NCBI GenBank assembly: GCA_021733985.1
Contig: JAIPJT010000001.1
Coordinates: forward strand, 28,981 to 92,980
DNA length: 64,000 bases
Source: Victivallales bacterium
GTDB lineage: Bacteria > Verrucomicrobiota > Lentisphaeria > Victivallales > GWF2-38-69
Reading direction: 5' to 3'
The notes beneath the pieces are model-generated. The model did not search any database, was not told the origin of the DNA, and worked only from the letters and a program-made list of their open reading frames with translations. Positions 56,943 to 64,000 of this stretch are shown piece by piece. How positions within the stretch are numbered: position 1 is the first letter of the stretch; each line of letters opens with the position of its first letter. The position numbers and the translations under genes were made by a program.

Positions 56943-57181
56943 TTAACCCTCCTTAATCTTCTTCTTTAGTCAATTTCAATTTCAGGAACTTTCCGTACAT
57001 TTGGGAAACTCTTCAGTACTCCGGGGCGACGGCTTAGCGCGCCGCAATACAGCATTATTGTTAAATGTATAATAAAATTATACGATTTAATGAAATATTT
57101 TACTGCATAGTAATTTTTGTTTCAGGGGGAGAAGCTACACGAAAAGAATTTTCGTTTAAACGCTTCTAATTATTATCAAAT

Positions 57182-57505
57182 TTACCTCTTCCTTGCGAAC
57201 AGCCCCCAAAGTTTATCATCAATTTCGAAAAAAGTAACTGTAGCAAAACCGAAAGCACTTCTGTTTTGAATTTCTCCTATCATTGCTTCTTCGCCGGGGT
57301 CATCAAGCTGTGAGAAGACATAGCTGTCGTAATTGGATTCATCTCCGATATTAACTTTTTCAAGCCATACAAAAAGGTTGTCCCCTTTGAGAAAAGCTCC
57401 GGCAACATATTTCCGTTCATCTTCGAAACAGTTTCGGTTAAGAATGTTTGCAGCATTTTTTCGGTCCAGTATTATATCACTTAAATTAAGCTTTATAATT
57501 TTCAT
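57182..57505 (-). CDS. Hypothetical protein (107 aa)
   Basis: The ORF overlaps the stop of the upstream pyrophosphorylase gene by 4 nt, suggesting translational coupling. No motif recognised. Confidence 0.5.
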   Translation of the reverse strand: MKIIKLNLSDIILDRKNAANILNRNCFEDERKYVAGAFLKGDNLFVWLEKVNIGDESNYDSYVFSQLDDPGEEAMIGEIQNRSAFGFATVTFFEIDDKLWGLFARKR

Positions 57506-58920
57506 TTGTAATACACCTTTTCTCCTGCAGCAGGAGGTATTATTTTTTTCTTATTTATTTTTATATCTCTTTCATCCAGATATGAAAGTCTGTTCAGCTC
57601 TACTGTACAATTTATTTTACCGTTTTCTTTTCTTGGTATTTTTATATCGGCTGCTTTCTCAATCCATCGGACATCCCTTTCTACGAGCATTTTTCTGCAT
57701 GTATCTACAGAATCAACTCCGGTTTTATTTTTTGTTGGTGCGAATTCGTCTTCTCGTTTAGCTTCAAGTATGATTGTTCTTTCTGCAAGGGGTAAAGCAT
57801 CAAAAATAAAAGTTTCGAGTTTAACAGAATTAGGTTTCTCCGGAATTACTTTTTTGCCGGAATCATCGATATAGGATACTTTTTTGTCGGCACGATGCCA
57901 CGGCAGTGAGATAGTACCGCCTTCTGTAAGCCTTTCTACAAAACTTCTTTTTATCAGGTGAATAGCAGGACTTCCGGCTATAAATGAAAGACTGCCGTCT
58001 TTATTTCTTTTTTCAGCGAGTTCTTCAGGAAGATCGCTATACTCTATAATTTGTAATTTACCTGCAGAGTTACAGAAATTTCCAATTTTTTCGTATGGGC
58101 CGGTTTTACGTATCATAATAGAACTCATTTCGGAGCGGGCCATATTATGGAGCCCTATAAAAAGCGGGTTTATTATGGAAACAAGCGGGTTGTCAACCTG
58201 AAAATATGATATATGTTTTATACCTCTTCTTCTCATATCATCAAGTGCACCCGAAGTTTTCAAAGCAAGCAAACTTCCTCCATGACCATTGGGCGCAAGG
58301 GCAATTGAATCTTTATCTTCCATCAAAATTTTTCCGTTGTAATCAATTGCAGGCATAGTTCCCTGGACAATAAAAATAACATTATTCTTTTTAAGACCGA
58401 AATAATTATTTTCTGAAAAAAACTCCTGTGTCTGTTCATTATTAATCGTACTTGTCAGAATATACCAGGGTATAACTGCCCCGTACCTACTCTCATTCGC
58501 ACGAATAACTTCAGCAAAATACTGGAACAGCGATTTTTTTTCTACCGGCGTTATCGGAAAAGTCCCTTTCGGGCCGTCATAACCGAGTCTGCTACCCTGT
58601 CCTCCTGCAACAGTAAAAACGGCTAACCTCAACTGCCTTACAAGAGCAGCCCCTTTCTCCTTAGCTATTTTATAATATTTTTTTTGTTTCTTTTTCTTTG
58701 GTTTAGACTCGAAGTAATCAGGGGGTGTCAGGTCATCGGGAATTTTCTGCTTCGGTTTCCTCTTTACTTTTTTTTCTATAAGTTCATCGATTTCATCAAA
58801 ATCGATATTTTTTATCTGTTTTGAAAGATTTTTCTTCTGTACGTTAGTCAGTTCATCCCAGAAACTCAGCAGATGCTCCTGATTATGGGGTCTGAGAATA
58901 TCATATAATACTTTTTTCAT
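57502..58920 (-). CDS. UDP-sugar (UDP-N-acetylhexosamine) pyrophosphorylase, eukaryotic UAP1/UDPGP-type
   Basis: VAGGQGSRLGYDGPKG, LAPNGHGG and YFQVDNPL. ATG 58920 is preceded by GGAG; the longer ORF from 58953 is less likely. Confidence 0.8.
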   Translation of the reverse strand: MKKVLYDILRPHNQEHLLSFWDELTNVQKKNLSKQIKNIDFDEIDELIEKKVKRKPKQKIPDDLTPPDYFESKPKKKKQKKYYKIAKEKGAALVRQLRLAVFTVAGGQGSRLGYDGPKGTFPITPVEKKSLFQYFAEVIRANESRYGAVIPWYILTSTINNEQTQEFFSENNYFGLKKNNVIFIVQGTMPAIDYNGKILMEDKDSIALAPNGHGGSLLALKTSGALDDMRRRGIKHISYFQVDNPLVSIINPLFIGLHNMARSEMSSIMIRKTGPYEKIGNFCNSAGKLQIIEYSDLPEELAEKRNKDGSLSFIAGSPAIHLIKRSFVERLTEGGTISLPWHRADKKVSYIDDSGKKVIPEKPNSVKLETFIFDALPLAERTIILEAKREDEFAPTKNKTGVDSVDTCRKMLVERDVRWIEKAADIKIPRKENGKINCTVELNRLSYLDERDIKINKKKIIPPAAGEKVYYK

Positions 58921-59257
58921 CTTAAATCTCCATATTAAGAATTTAAGTTTCATTAGGTAATATTACAATATAATGTCTGTTATAGGCTTTTCTAATTTAA
59001 AATCTTTTTTTACTGTTTATTTGAATTGGATTCTATAACAGTTATAATGTAGCTGAATTTATTAGCTTTTTGTTTAGCTGCCGTGCCGGGGGCGAAAAAC
59101 TTCGAAGCCTGCTAACTTACTACGCAGGATTTTGTATAAATCATCTGAAGGATTTATAGGATATAGTTCTACGTTTTATGCAAAACAAAATCTCTTTAAA
59201 TTATGTGATAGATTTCCAGACATTTTTAAATTATTACAAATAAAAATAGGAGACAAT

Positions 59258-60130
59258 ATGCCAAAACTTACTCTTGGAATTCCCAAAGGAAGCCTTGAAA
59301 ATTCAACGGTGGAAATGTTTGAAAAAGCCGGATATAAAATTAAAATAAACAGCAGATCCTACTTTCCCACTATAAATGATGAGGAAATAGACTGTATGCT
59401 TATCCGGGCACAGGAAATGTCAAGATACATCGAAGAAGGAATTTTAGACTGCGGTTTAACAGGAAAAGACTGGATTGCAGAAAACGGTTCTGATGTAACA
59501 GAAATTACAGAGCTTGTATATGGCAAAGTCGGCAGGCGTCCTTTAAGATGGGTTCTTGCCGCTCCGGAGTACGGTGATATTAAAACAGTTAAAGACCTTG
59601 AAGGCAAACGCATTGCTACAGAAGCCGTCGGTATGACCAAACGTTACCTCAAAGAAAAGGGGATTAACGCTCACGTTGAATTCAGTTGGGGTGCCACAGA
59701 AGTAAAACCTCCGAAACTTGCAGACGCAATTGTTGAAATTACAGAGACCGGCTCATCTCTACGTGCAAACAGGCTTGCTATTATTGATGAGATCTGTACT
59801 TCAACTACCAGATTTATAGCAAATAATGACACTCTTAAAGACAGTTGGAAAAAAAAGAAAATTGAAAACCTGTCCCTTTTGTTAAACGCTGTATTAAAAG
59901 CTGAAGGCAAAGTCGGAATCATGCTAAATGTGGAAAAAAATAATCTCGACAGAATACTTGACCTTATACCTGCACTAAATACTCCGACTATATCACCTCT
60001 TTCAAATGACTCCTGGGTGGCAGTAAATACCATAATCGATGAAAGTGTAGTCAGGGACTTAGCTCCGAAAATTATCCAGCACGGAGGACAGGATATTGTA
60101 GAATTTCCGCTCAACAAAATTTTTGAGTAA
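59258..60130 (+). CDS. hisG: ATP phosphoribosyltransferase, long form
   Basis: [13 protein letters not shown]..., [22 protein letters not shown]. 290 aa including the C-terminal regulatory domain. AGGAGA RBS at 59248-59253. The listed start at 59132 was rejected. Confidence 0.85.
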   Translation: MPKLTLGIPKGSLENSTVEMFEKAGYKIKINSRSYFPTINDEEIDCMLIRAQEMSRYIEEGILDCGLTGKDWIAENGSDVTEITELVYGKVGRRPLRWVLAAPEYGDIKTVKDLEGKRIATEAVGMTKRYLKEKGINAHVEFSWGATEVKPPKLADAIVEITETGSSLRANRLAIIDEICTSTTRFIANNDTLKDSWKKKKIENLSLLLNAVLKAEGKVGIMLNVEKNNLDRILDLIPALNTPTISPLSNDSWVAVNTIIDESVVRDLAPKIIQHGGQDIVEFPLNKIFE

Positions 60131-60145
60131 AAAAATATATATATC

Positions 60146-61861
60146 ATGTCCAGGAAACTTAAAATATTATATTTGTCCGTAAACTGTTCATACTCACATT
60201 CCTCACTTGTCTATGCGCAGGTTTACTCATATACAAACTACAAGTTTCCCGGATGCCTCTGGGAAAAACAGGAATATACGACAAAAGACAATCTCAATGT
60301 CATTGTAAATAATATTATTAAAACAAATCCTGATATTCTTCTTTCGAGTATTTATTTATTTAACAGAATTTTTATTTTTGATATAATCAATAAGGTTAAA
60401 CTATTATATCCCTACTTAAAAATCATTCTCGGCGGACCGGAATTTCTCGGAGACAATAGGAAAACATTAAAGGCCACTCCTGAAATAGATGCTGTAATTC
60501 GCGGCGATGAATCTTCTTTCTATTTATATTTGAGATCACTTATGAGGCAGAAAAATGACACTTGTAAAATACCCGGGTTGTGCTGTATAGATAAAAACGG
60601 GGAATATTTTGATAACGGTTTTTCCTCTATAAATGGAAAAAGCCTTGATGTATTTCCCTCCCCGTATCAGGAAAGCCTGATCCCAAAGGGAAAACCTTTT
60701 ATGCAGCTTGAAACTTCCCGGGGCTGCTTTTACAGCTGTTCGTTCTGTACTAGTTCTCTGTCAGAGGAAGTTAAGTTTTATTCACTTGAAAGGATCAAGT
60801 TTGATCTTCTTAAACTTAGAGAACTCGGGTATAAAGAAATCAGAGTTCTGGACAGGACTTTTAATGTTCCTGCTGAACGGTCCTGTAAACTGCTGGATAT
60901 ATTTATTAATGAATTTCCGGATATGAATTTTCATCTTGAATTTGAGCCTTCCCAAATTACTGATAAGATTTTAGATACACTTAAAAAAGCACCGGCCAAC
61001 CAGTTTCATATTGAAGCGGGTGTCCAGTCTTTCTGTAGTGATTCTTTAAAATCAGTCAAAAGATATACCTCTCCTGATATAACCGAAAGTAAACTTTCTT
61101 CACTTATTTCTCTAAAAAAAATTGAAGTTCACGCAGATTTAATTTACGGACTTCCGTACCAGACAGCTGCTTCCGTTTTTAATGATTTAAATAAATTAAT
61201 AATTAACGGACCTAATGAAATACAGGTGGAATCTTTAAAAGTCCTCCCGGGGACATTGACTAAAAACACCCACCATAAAAAATTCATTTATTCATCCAAA
61301 CCGCCTTATGAAACATTAGCAACACCGGATATGTCTCTGGAAAATATTTTAAGACTACAAAAAATCTCTAAGCTTATAGATACATTTTACAACAACTCAG
61401 ATATTCAGAAATTAATTGTATTTGCTGTAAACAGAAATAAAAGCTTCATAACAGAGTTCTTGAATTTTACCGAAAAAACCCTATCCGCCACAGGAAAACC
61501 ATCTTTAAAGCATCGGATAAAACTCCTTGATGAATATGCAAAAGAAAAAGATGACAAGGTTCTTGCAGATCTAATATTATTTACTTCATGTAAAATGGGA
61601 ATTGTAGATATTACAAAATCTAATCTAAAGCTTGTAAAAAAACATGAAATTTCAGGAATGTTGAAGAAAGGAAGCAGCCTGATATATAACAGCGATGCTG
61701 TAACTCTGGAAAAACCGGCCTATCTTGGAATATTCGATTTTAATGTTGGACATATCTGGAAAAATCCCTCTGAAAAAATAATCCAGGCAAACTACAGATA
61801 TCTATTCAGATTTTCATACGGCGGACTTTCTAAGAAAGTGTCGAAAATAGATCATGTTTAA
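60146..61861 (+). CDS. B12-binding-domain radical SAM protein (DUF4080-type C-terminus)
   Basis: N-terminal cobalamin-binding-like region. CxxxCxxC cluster in ETSRGCFYSCSFCTS. A long helical C-terminal domain. Confidence 0.75.
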   Translation: MSRKLKILYLSVNCSYSHSSLVYAQVYSYTNYKFPGCLWEKQEYTTKDNLNVIVNNIIKTNPDILLSSIYLFNRIFIFDIINKVKLLYPYLKIILGGPEFLGDNRKTLKATPEIDAVIRGDESSFYLYLRSLMRQKNDTCKIPGLCCIDKNGEYFDNGFSSINGKSLDVFPSPYQESLIPKGKPFMQLETSRGCFYSCSFCTSSLSEEVKFYSLERIKFDLLKLRELGYKEIRVLDRTFNVPAERSCKLLDIFINEFPDMNFHLEFEPSQITDKILDTLKKAPANQFHIEAGVQSFCSDSLKSVKRYTSPDITESKLSSLISLKKIEVHADLIYGLPYQTAASVFNDLNKLIINGPNEIQVESLKVLPGTLTKNTHHKKFIYSSKPPYETLATPDMSLENILRLQKISKLIDTFYNNSDIQKLIVFAVNRNKSFITEFLNFTEKTLSATGKPSLKHRIKLLDEYAKEKDDKVLADLILFTSCKMGIVDITKSNLKLVKKHEISGMLKKGSSLIYNSDAVTLEKPAYLGIFDFNVGHIWKNPSEKIIQANYRYLFRFSYGGLSKKVSKIDHV

Positions 61862-62014
61862 AAGTTCACAGTACTGTTATAGTGTTTTGCTGTGTCGAGC
61901 AAATACCAAAAACAAAATAAGGGCATGCTTTCAGTCTGATTTAAAACAACATACAAATTACAATTTCACAAAATTCAATGACTTTATTTGACTGCAGAAA
62001 ATTTAGTATCAATC

Positions 62015-63313
62015 TTATGAAGTTGTAGAATTTTTTTTTAAAAATTCAATTATTACTTTGATCAATTTTTGCCGGATAGAATCTTTCTCAAGCATTATAT
62101 CATGCTGTGAATAGGGAAATTCTATTATTTTTCCTAGGCCCGGAGTAGTATTTTTTATTAGTGTCTCCATAGCATCAAGACACACCAAATCTTCAAAGCC
62201 TGCTTTAAGTACTATAAAAGGCGCAGTTATTTTTGAAGCAAATTCCTTTTCTTCTATAGGATTAGTTCCCCTGATCAACTGGAAAGTCCACCAATAAGTG
62301 GGATACCCCATCCGCAGAACCTCTCCGCCGGATAAAGGGTGCTTAAGTTTTTTGTTTTTAAAAAATTCCGATGATGAAACCTTTTGCCAGTAATTCCATC
62401 TTTTTTTACATGAAGTGTTGCTAAAAATACTGCTGAACGGCAGTGTTTTGTGTATATTATGTCCAGTAGGCACATATTCCGGGCCGCCGCCGTGCAACAC
62501 TATTGCATATATTGACCAAAAAGCAAGATTTCTTGCTGTCCAACCCAGAGCCTGTATTGCGGGAGAAGAAAGAATCGCCCCCGAAACATCATCAGGATAT
62601 TCTTCAATATATTTTGCAGCGATTCCGCCGCCCAATGAATGGCCGTAAAGAAATAACGGAATTTTCTTATTATATTTCTTTTCAAGTTTCTTTAAATAAA
62701 CTTTAACTATAAATTCATAAAAATACTTTAAATCTTTTATATAATGATCGAAAGAATCAACATATAAACCGTTAAATCTTTCCACAGCCTTAGGGTTAAA
62801 CCATGTAGAAAACCCCTGCCCCCTCATATCCAGCATAAATAAAGCCAGTTTCTGCCCGGTTGCCTTCTGTAAATCATACATGAATTCTGTGTATTTAAAG
62901 TAACTTCCTGCTGAACCGGGGATAATAATTAAAGCATAATCAGGAATCACCTCTTCCCCAATTTTATTTTTCCCGAGCCTTATATCATAGGCAATCTTAA
63001 TTGGAGTAGTCGTGTATGGAGAGTTGTCTGAAGTATAGAGTTTTGTCTTAAAATGAAAATCAGTATTATATAATACATTTATAAAATCCACTGGAGATTC
63101 AAAAAATTTGGGTGTGTAATCGCGGCCAAACCCCATAAAAGTCTGTACCCTGTTAATCTTTTCCGCAAAATCTTTATTTTCCGTAGTATGAAAATTTGAA
63201 GCATAGAGCGGAATACAGTCAAACAAAAGTAAAGAAAAAATGAAAACAGTATTTAAGAATAGTAATTTTTTTATAAAATAAAACTGGTATTTCAGGAACG
63301 TCTCTATTTTCAT
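62015..63313 (-). CDS. Alpha/beta hydrolase (lysophospholipase/monoacylglycerol lipase-like) with N-terminal membrane anchor
   Basis: Nucleophile elbow GHSLGGG. The ORF opens at TTG 63340; ATG 63313 is the more likely start. Confidence 0.7.
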   Translation of the reverse strand: MKIETFLKYQFYFIKKLLFLNTVFIFSLLLFDCIPLYASNFHTTENKDFAEKINRVQTFMGFGRDYTPKFFESPVDFINVLYNTDFHFKTKLYTSDNSPYTTTPIKIAYDIRLGKNKIGEEVIPDYALIIIPGSAGSYFKYTEFMYDLQKATGQKLALFMLDMRGQGFSTWFNPKAVERFNGLYVDSFDHYIKDLKYFYEFIVKVYLKKLEKKYNKKIPLFLYGHSLGGGIAAKYIEEYPDDVSGAILSSPAIQALGWTARNLAFWSIYAIVLHGGGPEYVPTGHNIHKTLPFSSIFSNTSCKKRWNYWQKVSSSEFFKNKKLKHPLSGGEVLRMGYPTYWWTFQLIRGTNPIEEKEFASKITAPFIVLKAGFEDLVCLDAMETLIKNTTPGLGKIIEFPYSQHDIMLEKDSIRQKLIKVIIEFLKKNSTTS

Positions 63314-63589
63314 GAAAAATAACTTTATTAAAACTTCCAATTATAAATAATAATTTTTAGGTTAATGTTATTTTTTTAATTTTCAATTAAAAAAAATAAC
63401 ATTTTGTGTGAAAAATAAACATATAAAACCGGAAGTATTGAATTTACCTTTTCAGGGTAATCCGATAATGGTTCCGGTTATATTTGAGCTTGATACAAGT
63501 CCGAAAATTGGATTTTAATTAAATTTAATGCTGATAAGCTATTTACGCAATGACTAACTATCCCTTTTTCTCACTTTATTAATATTATT

Positions 63590-64000
63590 TCAGGATATTA
63601 CAAGACTGCTTTCCGCGGTAATTATTTCTACTTCAGGGGCAATTGTTTTTAATAAAGAGAAGGTTAAATTTCGGGGGCTGGCAATACTTCCGGTAGTCTC
63701 GACATACGCTGCTTTTATAATTTTGCTATAATTCTGTTTCCGGTTAATAAGTTTGACAATTATCGGAATTAAAGGGGAGAACGTAATGCTGAACGAAACG
63801 TTCTCTATAACTCCTCCGTTATAAATCTCGCCGTCATCAGTCTTCACCGCCAGCCCGCAGTAATTTTTTGAGTACGGTGCATAACTGTTTTCTGCAGCGG
63901 ACAAAGCACTTTTCAATAAAAAATCATCATTACAACTTTCAGATAAAAATTGCATATTGCAGGCGTTGTGACCGAGAAGTTTGTTTTCAATGCCTAAATC
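63590..64000 (-). CDS. cdd: Cytidine deaminase, two-domain (E. coli Cdd-like) type; C-terminal part only (5' end off window)
   Basis: The frame is open to nt 64000 (DLGIENKLLGHNACNMQF...). AAENSYAPYSKNYCGLAVKTDDGEIYNGGVIENVSF resembles the non-catalytic C-terminal domain of dimeric Cdd. Confidence 0.6.
   Translation of the reverse strand, partial: DLGIENKLLGHNACNMQFLSESCNDDFLLKSALSAAENSYAPYSKNYCGLAVKTDDGEIYNGGVIENVSFSITFSPLIPIIVKLINRKQNYSKIIKAAYVETTGSIASPRNLTFSLLKTIAPEVEIITAESSLVIS

Noticed and set aside
56990-57080. Possible third, degenerate copy of the TIR-bounded repeat (patches aatgctgtattg / taagccgtcg / tactgaag on the minus strand)
   Set aside because: The similarity is patchy, needs several indels and was judged only by eye, and the hairpin stems are not preserved. 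Not claimed as a copy without a proper alignment.
59132-59257. N-terminal 42-aa extension of hisG from the listed ORF start
   Set aside because: The extension starts at TTG, has no RBS and is unlike HisG. ATG 59258 has an AGGAGA RBS and gives the canonical [14 protein letters not shown]-terminus.
63364-63403. Near-perfect 18-19-bp A/T-only inverted repeat (aatgttatttttttaatt ttc aattaaaaaaaataacatt) downstream of cdd
   Set aside because: It could act as a weak bidirectional terminator. It is composed entirely of A/T apart from one G/C pair, so its stability is doubtful. Not called as a terminator.
63445-63545. attgaattt... / ...ttaattaaatttaatgc, weakly resembling the repeat's terminal inverted repeats
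   Set aside because: Only AT-rich 6-8-mers match and the core is not present. This is likely chance in AT-rich intergenic DNA.
1-64000. CRISPR arrays, tRNA, rRNA, tmRNA, known riboswitches
   Set aside because: I saw no regularly spaced direct repeats, no tRNA T-arm/acceptor patterns and no rRNA-like blocks while reading the intergenic regions. A scan with tRNAscan-SE/Infernal would be needed to exclude small RNAs formally.

Overview
AT-rich (about one-third G+C by eye, not computed) bacterial chromosomal segment with Gram-negative-type content: an RND pump with a lipoprotein adaptor, an ArnT-like GT-C glycosyltransferase and chemotaxis genes. I support about 38 protein genes. I saw no rRNA, tRNA or CRISPR array. 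Housekeeping genes (GlcD-like oxidase, nfo, glnS, gltX, hisG, partial cdd) are interleaved with three accessory blocks. (1) A single 13,992-nt ORF encodes a trimodular NRPS, C-A-T-E / C-A(MT)-T / C-A(MT)-T-TE. It has an IS200-type element directly upstream and a nitrilase-superfamily hydrolase directly downstream, and it contains a perfect (GTTGAAT)x4 heptanucleotide repeat in frame. (2) A tight SIMPL-DUF58-transglutaminase operon with no MoxR ATPase sits next to a 1305-aa Cache/HAMP/PAS/GAF/PAS-GGDEF-EAL sensor. (3) A Wsp-like chemosensory cluster has a c-di-GMP output: CheA-REC hybrid, two MCPs, two CheW, CheR-TPR and REC-GGDEF, with no CheB in the window. Its intergenic spaces carry two inverted copies of a structured repeat bounded by terminal inverted repeats. 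The copies share a 62-nt identical core and bracket one MCP gene, alongside an internally deleted four-helix-bundle pseudogene. All calls come from reading the translations and the DNA by eye; no database search was run. Taxon not assigned.
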